From the IMG/VR virus record IMGVR_UViG_3300025168_000050: DNA of 24,726 nt, one strand, 5' to 3'. Positions within the stretch are counted from its first letter, which is position 1. Each line of letters starts with the position of its first letter. The notes under the pieces are model-generated. The model was given only the letters and a program-made list of their open reading frames with translations. It searched no databases and was not told the origin of the DNA. Below, piece after piece: positions 8,401 to 16,504 of this stretch. The translations under genes and the position numbers were made by a program. The DNA comes from an uncultured virus (IMG/VR IMGVR_UViG_3300025168_000050). Taxonomy: Duplodnaviria; Heunggongvirae; Uroviricota; Caudoviricetes.

Positions 8401-11400
8401 GGACAGTAATACCAACTCTTACAGCCGCTTCAGGTATAACCTTTTCTCAAGGTGATGTAAATGATATTGCTTTTGATAAACATAATAATCTTGCTATAAC
8501 TCAAACAAATAATAATATTTGGTTATCCGCAATACCTGGATATGAAAGTCCGCCAGTAACATTTAGCCCAGGTTTTATACAATGGACATGTTCTGACTAT
8601 GATTACACAGCTGCAGGACATCTTGTTGTTGCTTATAATTTTGCAGGTGATGCATATTTTGTAAAATATAATCAGGATTTAGTTAGTATAACTCAAGTTT
8701 CTAATTTTACAAACGTTGGTATTTCTGTAGGCCATGATATTTCAGTTGATTATAATACAGGAGATTATTGGTTAATAGGAGATAGTACTAATTCTGGAGG
8801 ACTAAATGATTTAATGACTATAGATGATGCTAGTGGAGCATCTAGTTTAGTAAGTGATTTATCAGTAATATGTTCTTATGCTGCTGGAGAGTTCACTTGT
8901 GGTGTAGAGTCAGTAAGAGCATCAGGGTCTACTACTTCTTTATATATAATTTCAGCTGTACCGTCTGGATCAGCTTATACATTAAAACTAAGAGAATTAA
9001 ATTCAACAGGTACAGCTCAAATAAGTTCAATAAGTTTATTAAACCCTATTACAAATACATTAAATTGGGATGAGCATCCAAATGGGATGGCTATAAATGA
9101 TCTATGTGAAAAATGGTTACAAGCACCGGATAATGTAAATCCTGCTATTGTACCATATGCTGATTGTGTAAGTTGTTTTACTAATGTTTCTACTGCAAGT
9201 TGTTGCTTTAGTTTAACTAATTGTGTTACAGGTGTAGTAACTTATAGCCAATCTAATCTAACTGCTTATATAGGTCAAGTAGTTCAAGATGCTTCAGGGA
9301 ATTGTCTTACAGTAGCTACTAGTCTTGCTTGTATTTCCCCGGCACCTTTTACTCCATCAGGACCACCTTTTGCAGATTGTATTTCTTGTTCAACACCTAC
9401 TGTTTGTTATAAATTAACAAAGTGTGGTGATCCATCTAATGTAATATATACAACAGGAATTTTATCTCCTTTTATACCAGGTCAGGTAGGAGGAGTTGTT
9501 CAGTTAACTGGTGAGCTTTTTTGTAGAGAAGTTGCTATAGATTCTACTTGTACATTACCACAAGTGGCTGTAACAATAGTTAATACACCTTCAGATTGTT
9601 CTGAATGTAACTTTTATATTGAATTAAGAGAGTGTAGCAGTGGTGCTATTATGTTAGTAGACTATGCAACTAGTTTAGCATTTGTTCCTTTTTTCGGAAC
9701 ACTAAATGCTCATACTGTTACATTAGGAGGAGTTGCTCAAGCAGGTTGCTGGAACGCTATAGGTGTTTTTGGCCCAAGCGCAACAGCATATCCTACAGGA
9801 GCTATTGTTACTACATCTACTAATTGTGTAGCATGTAGTAATCAAGGGAGTTGTTTCTTGTTAACTCACTGTTGTGGCCAAGGTTTTGTAACAAGTCAGA
9901 TTGTAGGAACAGGATCAGGTGTAGCAGGTACTGATATAGGACAAGTAATTGAAGCAGAAGTAACTGTAGCGGGTATTGTTTACCCAGGATGTTGGACAGT
10001 ATCACAACCAGGATCACTAAATTGTTCACTCGCACTTCCAAATATAGATGTAACAGTATTAAACTCAACAACTGTAGGTTCGCCTATAGGAACTAATTGT
10101 CTCGACTGTCCTACTAGTCCAGACCCATGTTCTTCTGACTGTGATTTATTAGTTACATGTGTTCCGAATGCGGGACCAGATATAAATATATCCCCAGCAG
10201 ATGCAGCACTTGTAGGAACTGATGCAGTTACAATACTAGGTTCTCCACTTTGTTATCAGATATGCCCAAGCGGAAATCCTTTACATGGTACCCAATTATT
10301 TTATGGGAACCAATTAGGAATAGATTATTCTAGCGGTGCTCCTACACCAAACCTTTCTGGAGGATCATTAATGAATGATTATGATAGTGTCGGAGCTGCT
10401 GATTATAGTACAATGGGAGGAGCAAGTTGTTGTGCTAATAAAGCAGCTACTATTGGTGCTACTGTATATAACGAAGGTGATATAATGTTTTATACAGACG
10501 GTCATCTAATATATGATTCATCACATAATTTAATGCTTGATAGTACAGGAGCTGCAGCAGGATTATTAGGAGGGGCCAATGGACAACCTGGTTTCGAAAA
10601 TAGAAAATTCGCACAACAACAAGTATTATACTTTCCTAAAACAGATGGGGGAATCACAAATGGATTATACCATCAATGGTATATTGTATGTAATACTGTT
10701 GATGATGGACCAATATATCGTTCTATTGTAGATATGACTCTCAATAGCGGTAAAGGACAAGTCTTAGTAGCAGGTAAGAATACAGTAGTTATAGCTAATG
10801 GAATTCCTACTGAGCACATGTGCGTAACAAATACAAGAACTAGCGCTACTGCTCAAGATTATTATTTTTATTATAGACATAAAATGAGTAGTAATGTTGA
10901 TTATGCTGATCTAGGTATACGAGGAATTAAAATTACAAATGGTGTTTGGGGAGCTCCTTTTGTAGCAGGAGACCTACCATCAAATTTCATGCTAGCAACT
11001 TATACACAAAAACAAAGATGCTCTGGAGAAATGTTAGTATCTCCTAATAACAAAGTACTTGCTATGTGTGGCTTATGGAGAAATGATGCGGCTAATGATG
11101 ATGGTGCAGGTTATGCATCTTTTTCTATAAACATGAGTGATGGAACACTAACAGGACCTGGAGACCCTGCAATAAGGGTAAATAATGGTTACAACGGAGG
11201 TGCAAATAATGGTATATTACAATATCTAGGAGCTATTGGTACAGGTATATTTGGAGGATCAGCACCTGATATGTGGGGTGAAATAGCAGGATCTATTGCT
11301 ATTACTCAAAATGGAGACTATGTATATTGGGCCATTGATTATACACCTGGATTCCTACAGTCTGCGGGAGTGCTAGTTAGAGATCCTGTTGGTAGTTGGA

Positions 11401-14400
11401 GAGATAGTCTTCCTTCTCCTAGCCAATCCAACTGGACAATGAGGGGTTATCCAGATGATACTACAGTTAATGGTTGGAGAACTTTTTCACCAGTAGAACC
11501 AGTAACTACAGGAGATATAGCTTTAATGCCTGATGGAAATATTGCTTTTGCTATGCAAAATGTAGTTGAGGCCGATCTATATAAAGGAAAAATAGGTACT
11601 GCTCCTCCACCTGATGGAAATTCAAGTGCATGTATTGGAGTAATTGTAAACTCGGAAAGTCCTAATCCTACAGATATAGGCAACCAAATAGATGGTGATA
11701 TGGGTGCTCCAGGTCCTAATATGCTTGCAAGTATTTATAATATAGGAGGAAGAGTTATGGGAACAAAATTCCCTACATATTTATGGGGACCTTGTGATTG
11801 CGACCCAAGCCTTATACAAGCAATTAATATAACAAACACTTATCCAAACTGTAGTGATGCAAATTGTGTTGGTGGAACTGGTGGACAAGATGGATTTGAA
11901 ATTACAGAATGTGAGTGTACAGGAGGAGGAGCTGTAACTAATTTATGTGATATATCAAATGTAGCTAATCAGCCTCCAGCAATGGTTGCAAATGGCAAGT
12001 CTTGGTCTCCTACATGTCAGAGCCCAGGACCTCAAAGAATAAATGCATTAGTAGCTGCAGTTCAAAATTTAGGAACACAAGCAGTTCCAGGTTTACCACA
12101 AACATTAACATTTACTTATAGTTTCTGTGCAGCAGGTACACAGGTCCCAGGAGAAAGTGGGGCGGGAGTTACTTTGACTTTTGAATCAGGACCGACAACT
12201 GCTAACCCAACAGGGAGATTAAATAGTTGTGCAGTTTATACTAAAACATACACTATAACCAATGTTCAATTTAAAGCTGAAATAGCTGGATCGTTTGCAA
12301 AAATGAAAGGTTTAATTGAAAGTAGATTTAATACAGCGTGTGGGTATGGTGCAGATCTTACAGTAAACTTTACAGATGTAGGAAACGAAAGTGCAGCAAC
12401 AGATATAACACCAGGTGTAGGTATAGCTAGTGCTCAAGTAAATGGTACTTATACAGACACTCAAGGAACTAGTAATATAGGAGATTTTAGATTTGGTTAT
12501 GGACCAACAAATACTTCTTGTTCTAGTGTAGGAAGTAAGTTAGGTGTTCTTGCTTATGCTTATAGCCCAGAACCAAACATGGTTCCAGGTAATGGAGGAG
12601 CCGGAGTAAAAAATACTAGTTGGGGTAGCTTTATGATGATTGATGCTAATGAGGATTGGAGAAAAGGTATGGGTGTTCCAGATCCAGTAGTTGCTGATAG
12701 TTTTGATTTACAATTAGTTGTAACTCACGAGCTTGGGCATGCATTTGGATTAGGCCATGATATATTTTGGGATCAAGCATTATGTACTACGTTAACAGGA
12801 GCTCCTTGTGGATGCCCTTGTTATCAGGGAGCTGGTAATTCTGTTTGTGGTAATGTAATATGTGGAACTGCTAATTCAGATGCTTTAATGGGACCGTGGG
12901 CTACAACTGCTCAATTTTCATCAGTATTTCCAACAGGTCTTACAGGATCAGATGGTATATATGAACAAAGAGCTATCTGTGGTATCTACGGAAACCCAAG
13001 TGCAAACTATGGATGTGAAGATGTATTCTGTTTAGCAGGATGTACTCCTTTAGTATATCATTCTACAGACTTTGTAAATTTAACTAATGTTGCACCGGGA
13101 ATAATGGACTGGGATGATGGTACTCCAGCCGGACTAAGATGTTGGGATGTACAATATATGAATCCATTACCAAGTGGATATGTAGACACAACACCTGTTG
13201 TCCCAGTTAGTTCAACACAAAATGCAGATTGTTTGGATTGTACAACTCAAGCTAATCAATGTTACACTCTTAATTTATGTGCATGTAATACAATACTAGG
13301 AGTACCTGCACAAGTTGTAACAACAACAGACTTAAGTGGATATTGCGCTGGAACAGTAGGATCAGGTACTATTGTAGAAATAGATTTATATCCAGGAGCA
13401 TGTTATGAAATAGATTGTACACCACAGCCATGCCCTCCTACTGGAGCAGTGGCTGTAGTAGTAACACAAGATCATTTAGATTGTGCAGATTGTTGTACAG
13501 CGAATCAATTATGTTATGAATTATGCCCATGTACTACTACTCCTACTTCTAATACTTGTTCTACTCTTACTGAGATAAATGTAGGAGTATCAACTTCAAA
13601 TGGATTTGCATTACAGTTTATTTCTGATGTTGCTAACTCTCCATTAAATAGTACAGATGTTACTACATTAAAATATGGGAATAATGTTCAGCCTGCAGGA
13701 CCAGATCCATGTGTAGCTCCGGGTGGAGGACACTATACATATTTCCCTGGTTTTATGGCTAATGGTGGAGTTTTTACTTGTTATACACCTGGCACGAGTA
13801 CTCCCCCTCCGGGAATAGCAGTAGGTTATACCAAATGGACTGATTTCTTAGCTGACCTTGTAGGACTTGGTGTTGCCGGAGTTTCAAATCCTGCGACACC
13901 GTATTTAGGCATTTCTTCATTAATAAAAACTCATTATGGGTACTCGAGCAATCCGCCTTTTGCTATTTGGAACAAGCGATGTGAATGTACAAGTGTTTCG
14001 GGATGTGTAACAGTAACAAATGATTTATCAGGTGTTATAGGATCAGTTGTAGATTTAACAGGAGCAACTCCTACAGGTTTAGATGATTCAACATGTTATC
14101 TACCAGGAGTGTGTGGACCATGTTCTTCAGTTCCAGGGGCTGCATGTGTACCGGTAGGGACTGTAACAATAGATAATGTGTATACTGATTGTGTAAAATG
14201 TGATAATGGTAATCCATTAGATTGTTATCAACTTATAAACTGTAATGACCCTAATGATATAATAGACAATGTTTGTGCAAATATAGATATAGATAATGCG
14301 TATATAGCTGGAGAAGTTGTAAATGTAAATGGTACTACAGAATGTTATTATATTGATACAAGTCAAAACTGTGATCCAAATACCTGTATACCAGTTACAG

Positions 14401-16478
14401 TAGATAATACTTTTGCATCTTGTCAGCTTTGTACTGGTGCTGGATTGAACTGGGTATGTACTAGTCCATGTGATTGTACACAAGTAGCCGGACCGGGATG
14501 GGCAACTCAAGCACTATGTTTAGCTAACACTAATTCTGTAGGCCAACCTTGTTGTCCTTCAACTTCTTTTGATTGCGATCAGGGATGTAATTGTGTACCA
14601 GCTCCAGGATCAACGGGAGCTTTCCCAGATTTAGTTACATGCCAGACTGCTTTACTTAATCCAAACGGAGGAGCAAACTGTTGTAATGGAATAACTCCAT
14701 CTTTTGATTGTGGTCAATATACACCAGGCTCAACAGTATTTACGTGTCAGGACCCTGGAAATGGTACTGGACTATTTGCAAGTCTGTCTGATTGTAACGC
14801 AGCAATAGCATCTAATACTCAGCCATGCTATGCAGAAACATGGAATTGTCTAATTGATTTAACTACAGGAGTAAGTACTTGTATTGATCCTTTAGATGGG
14901 ACCGGAGTATTTAATAGTGGTAACGGAGGTTTAGCAGCATGTGCGGCTTGTAATGGTTGTCCTCAATCTCCACAGTGTACGGGAACTTTAGATACATGGG
15001 ATTGTGATCCTACTTTAGGATGTGTTTTAGTATTAACCGGAACAGGCCAATATACTTCATTAGCAGACTGTGCTCTAAATTGTTCTAGCTATGATCCTGA
15101 CGGAGGAGAGTATGAAGGAGATTGTATTAATTGCTTTGAAGATCCTGATATGCAAATCTTAATGGAAAAAGTAGCTGATATGTGTGATGATTGTAATCCA
15201 CCATTCGGCTTAGAAAAAAATGAAGTAATATGTGATGACTGTTTTGGTAACTCAAACCTTTATGTATTCTTTGATATGTCTTCAACATTCACAGGAGGAC
15301 CATTTGATAAACTGACAGCAATATCTCAGTTTAAAGCTAATGTAGTTATTCCAGCATTTAATCAATTAAAAGCAGAATATCCTCAGTATGGAGGACACTT
15401 ATATATAATACCTGGACCTGTATGGTCTGTTAGTTGTAATAACTATAATGGTTCAGGAACAACTATAGCAGGAAGCTCAACAGCATTTGAAGACTGGTTA
15501 AACTGGGCTTCATATCCGATGACAGGTAATGCAGGAGCTAATGGGTCTCTACCAAATCCACTTACTGGACAGACATTACCAAATGCACTAAGAGTTCCAT
15601 TACTAGGTACAATAATTGATGGTGTAGGCGGTGCACCACTTTCTTGTTGGACTTACACTGCAGCAATGGCTCCGTTAATAGAAGACATACTAATCCTTCC
15701 AGGTAGTTATGCAACTGATGGATTTACCCAACTTAATCCTTGGGGAGATGCTGCAGGCTTTGAAGGAATAAGTGATCCTTTCCATGAGTTTGAAGGAGGG
15801 GATAGAACTGCAATCTCAATGATTATATGTGATGAAGCTACACAGGGTTACTATGCTTCAAATAATAATGGAGTTACTGGAGCTAATCCTTTTATTAACC
15901 CTATGGGTACGTGCGGTAATCCATTAGATAATGGAGTGCCTGCTACAGATTACAATGATTTTGGATTAAATAATGCAGGAAACTTGACTGCAACTTGGAA
16001 ATTACATTATAATAATTACATGGATATATATAGATATGGTATAGATCTTAACGGAGCTGTAAATGTGGGAGCAGCTGCATTACCTGAAGCTACAACTAGA
16101 GTAATGTTATATTTAGGATCAGATAAAATTCCGGGTCCAGGTCTCTTTGATTCTTATAGAGATATGTTCTACCACATATACCAAGCTATTGGAGGTAAGA
16201 TGGGAACTGTAAATAATACAGGCCATATAAGTTGTGCAGACTATGTACCTTTACCAGCGGTGTATGGATTCCAAATCTTTCTTGTAACAGACCCGTCAAT
16301 CCCTAATCAGTATATGGGAGCAGCGGGAGGAGGAGATCCTACTCATACAACAGGGTATAAAGGAGGATCATTAAGTAATTATGGTATGGACTTTTATGTA
16401 CCGGATGTTCCTATTGATCAGATGGATTCCAATAGGTTGTATGAATTATGGAAAGAATATTTATCGAATTGTGTCTAA
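5475..16478 (+). CDS. Giant Cys-rich multidomain protein (putative fibre/adhesin) with beta-propellers, matrixin-like M10 metalloprotease and vWA-like C-terminal domain
   Basis: Uninterrupted 3667-aa ORF among tail genes. HELGHAFGLGH at 12726-12758 with Met-turn DALMGP. Two GD(I)xFYxDG propeller starts. About 11 repeats ending in xCxxC. YVFFDMSS motif near the C-terminus. No signal peptide evident. Confidence 0.85.
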   Translation: MATSDNFEKQFTGRSVLANLTANPPTMGNVPGALGVADAPYSSCTIVSASAQTFGVGASTTTFADGDILFYSDGYRIYDSTGVAMLGAEATIANNKTGGVRAAPQAVTFIKVPDYLSSTVTAGQDPGAGNSTGAIFWAFFNGMYGGIKAGVVDMNGNGGKGKFFNHLNIGQSGVAPNDGQLKDSICDGRMVSFCCHIGGKEAPGLIIKKHDWSGAADNNSYSVFRFSTISSMGAPNLYGGTSLTGDPVETSIGATTESNDGARMGILSVTKSDLDPTSSSYNLFKFATIIQDKVGSPVAQNDFATVQVFNLSAITGVISNASLITAPQAVVEQLDRGPISWPQSASTASRYFSMHSCFTSDSNTDSCTLYFGWFDSTSVPGGELKIKYITLNATNAITASSPVNYGHIEDGAGNNIWNGMNGPSRIIAGIWPDPVYSDRILFLCPEQIDKFNLSVIASAPAWTTNYPEEYGDPNNPEVYNIGVIDNATNPATAQFGFEGTPVATTFIRYGAPAEHICSNNIIVPELDVKRCDTVGTYTLDLNKNLWKNTVLPTGAEMNLITSVTGTDFRGLSFNMYTAMLSIWDSPTPSTLAYQIFHPDLNTVTNPTAVTANATWEKYNAFTNTVGLSSTVTGAAISAAHLCNIHWFMGKKTGAAQEYGFGLFDQSANTVSNVVGTHINLATFMGGALTGLAPVSIAGAQAGNLNPQVSLVGGYMYIAIGTRIVAYDTNANTYTLLAGVAPASINDIWLEFDGTGINGYTLKGTTGVAGAQIAYDVNQGTGAFTVLGPVVTNPGGFAWPGKSLATAYDSSFRNWLSFPLKIFGTDPNFIAVSNYCASTPVMVWNWASLNIAGCFTCSVPASTTYHTNATSCEIYGAASASYPTCRDCIDAIDNQCSSFIPCCAIGNSGYNSGPIHLPAVTTDAVTPGDVYSVSANGNTPECSVAFTPQQQILMSFNNAIDGGNNNIVEIPSLVGSGTVIPTLTAASGITFSQGDVNDIAFDKHNNLAITQTNNNIWLSAIPGYESPPVTFSPGFIQWTCSDYDYTAAGHLVVAYNFAGDAYFVKYNQDLVSITQVSNFTNVGISVGHDISVDYNTGDYWLIGDSTNSGGLNDLMTIDDASGASSLVSDLSVICSYAAGEFTCGVESVRASGSTTSLYIISAVPSGSAYTLKLRELNSTGTAQISSISLLNPITNTLNWDEHPNGMAINDLCEKWLQAPDNVNPAIVPYADCVSCFTNVSTASCCFSLTNCVTGVVTYSQSNLTAYIGQVVQDASGNCLTVATSLACISPAPFTPSGPPFADCISCSTPTVCYKLTKCGDPSNVIYTTGILSPFIPGQVGGVVQLTGELFCREVAIDSTCTLPQVAVTIVNTPSDCSECNFYIELRECSSGAIMLVDYATSLAFVPFFGTLNAHTVTLGGVAQAGCWNAIGVFGPSATAYPTGAIVTTSTNCVACSNQGSCFLLTHCCGQGFVTSQIVGTGSGVAGTDIGQVIEAEVTVAGIVYPGCWTVSQPGSLNCSLALPNIDVTVLNSTTVGSPIGTNCLDCPTSPDPCSSDCDLLVTCVPNAGPDINISPADAALVGTDAVTILGSPLCYQICPSGNPLHGTQLFYGNQLGIDYSSGAPTPNLSGGSLMNDYDSVGAADYSTMGGASCCANKAATIGATVYNEGDIMFYTDGHLIYDSSHNLMLDSTGAAAGLLGGANGQPGFENRKFAQQQVLYFPKTDGGITNGLYHQWYIVCNTVDDGPIYRSIVDMTLNSGKGQVLVAGKNTVVIANGIPTEHMCVTNTRTSATAQDYYFYYRHKMSSNVDYADLGIRGIKITNGVWGAPFVAGDLPSNFMLATYTQKQRCSGEMLVSPNNKVLAMCGLWRNDAANDDGAGYASFSINMSDGTLTGPGDPAIRVNNGYNGGANNGILQYLGAIGTGIFGGSAPDMWGEIAGSIAITQNGDYVYWAIDYTPGFLQSAGVLVRDPVGSWRDSLPSPSQSNWTMRGYPDDTTVNGWRTFSPVEPVTTGDIALMPDGNIAFAMQNVVEADLYKGKIGTAPPPDGNSSACIGVIVNSESPNPTDIGNQIDGDMGAPGPNMLASIYNIGGRVMGTKFPTYLWGPCDCDPSLIQAINITNTYPNCSDANCVGGTGGQDGFEITECECTGGGAVTNLCDISNVANQPPAMVANGKSWSPTCQSPGPQRINALVAAVQNLGTQAVPGLPQTLTFTYSFCAAGTQVPGESGAGVTLTFESGPTTANPTGRLNSCAVYTKTYTITNVQFKAEIAGSFAKMKGLIESRFNTACGYGADLTVNFTDVGNESAATDITPGVGIASAQVNGTYTDTQGTSNIGDFRFGYGPTNTSCSSVGSKLGVLAYAYSPEPNMVPGNGGAGVKNTSWGSFMMIDANEDWRKGMGVPDPVVADSFDLQLVVTHELGHAFGLGHDIFWDQALCTTLTGAPCGCPCYQGAGNSVCGNVICGTANSDALMGPWATTAQFSSVFPTGLTGSDGIYEQRAICGIYGNPSANYGCEDVFCLAGCTPLVYHSTDFVNLTNVAPGIMDWDDGTPAGLRCWDVQYMNPLPSGYVDTTPVVPVSSTQNADCLDCTTQANQCYTLNLCACNTILGVPAQVVTTTDLSGYCAGTVGSGTIVEIDLYPGACYEIDCTPQPCPPTGAVAVVVTQDHLDCADCCTANQLCYELCPCTTTPTSNTCSTLTEINVGVSTSNGFALQFISDVANSPLNSTDVTTLKYGNNVQPAGPDPCVAPGGGHYTYFPGFMANGGVFTCYTPGTSTPPPGIAVGYTKWTDFLADLVGLGVAGVSNPATPYLGISSLIKTHYGYSSNPPFAIWNKRCECTSVSGCVTVTNDLSGVIGSVVDLTGATPTGLDDSTCYLPGVCGPCSSVPGAACVPVGTVTIDNVYTDCVKCDNGNPLDCYQLINCNDPNDIIDNVCANIDIDNAYIAGEVVNVNGTTECYYIDTSQNCDPNTCIPVTVDNTFASCQLCTGAGLNWVCTSPCDCTQVAGPGWATQALCLANTNSVGQPCCPSTSFDCDQGCNCVPAPGSTGAFPDLVTCQTALLNPNGGANCCNGITPSFDCGQYTPGSTVFTCQDPGNGTGLFASLSDCNAAIASNTQPCYAETWNCLIDLTTGVSTCIDPLDGTGVFNSGNGGLAACAACNGCPQSPQCTGTLDTWDCDPTLGCVLVLTGTGQYTSLADCALNCSSYDPDGGEYEGDCINCFEDPDMQILMEKVADMCDDCNPPFGLEKNEVICDDCFGNSNLYVFFDMSSTFTGGPFDKLTAISQFKANVVIPAFNQLKAEYPQYGGHLYIIPGPVWSVSCNNYNGSGTTIAGSSTAFEDWLNWASYPMTGNAGANGSLPNPLTGQTLPNALRVPLLGTIIDGVGGAPLSCWTYTAAMAPLIEDILILPGSYATDGFTQLNPWGDAAGFEGISDPFHEFEGGDRTAISMIICDEATQGYYASNNNGVTGANPFINPMGTCGNPLDNGVPATDYNDFGLNNAGNLTATWKLHYNNYMDIYRYGIDLNGAVNVGAAALPEATTRVMLYLGSDKIPGPGLFDSYRDMFYHIYQAIGGKMGTVNNTGHISCADYVPLPAVYGFQIFLVTDPSIPNQYMGAAGGGDPTHTTGYKGGSLSNYGMDFYVPDVPIDQMDSNRLYELWKEYLSNCV
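8000..14432 (+). repeat. About 11 dispersed Cys-rich protein repeats (type A) in the giant ORF
   Basis: Consensus C[YF]xLxxC...T.xL...G.VV.l...CY.v...C...VtV...[YF]xDCxxC. Repeat ends: YPTCRDC, YADCVSC, FADCISC, PSDCSEC, STNCVAC, GTNCLDC, YPNCSDANC, NADCLDC, HLDCADC, YTDCVKC, FASCQLC. Visible at protein level only; boundaries approximate. Confidence 0.75.
14448..15083 (+). repeat. Five tandem short Cys repeats (type B) in the giant ORF
   Basis: NWVC..C..GPGWATQALC, SFDC..C..GSTGAFPDLVTC, SFDC..CQDPGNGTGLFASLSDC, TWNC..CIDPLDGTGVF..LAAC, TWDC..C..TGTGQYTSLADCALNC. Confidence 0.75.
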
Positions 16479-16500
16479 TGAATAATTTTTCCTATATTTG
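16469..16500 (+). promoter_or_regulatory. Bacteroidota sigma70-type promoter
   Basis: TTG (16469-16471), 21-nt spacer, then TATATTTG (16493-16500), matching TAnnTTTG in the typical TTTTCC-TATATTTG-CA context. Lies right after the giant gene's stop. Confidence 0.65.
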
Positions 16501-16504
16501 CAGA

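Noticed and set aside
8870..9073. Alternative-frame + strand ORFs (8870-9073; also 20605-20805)
   Set aside because: Short, fully nested in longer genes, and not protein-like in composition.
5475..16478. Diversity-generating retroelement target, CRISPR array or intein in the giant gene
   Set aside because: I saw no near-identical nucleotide repeats (TR/VR or spacer arrays), no reverse transcriptase in the window, and no intein C-terminal HN-[CST] or LAGLIDADG motifs at insert borders. The repeats are visible only at protein level.
16448..16504. 61-aa version of the small ORF starting at 16448
   Set aside because: The extension overlaps the giant gene's end and simply translates the promoter sequence (FSYIC). 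The ATG at 16505 is more plausible.
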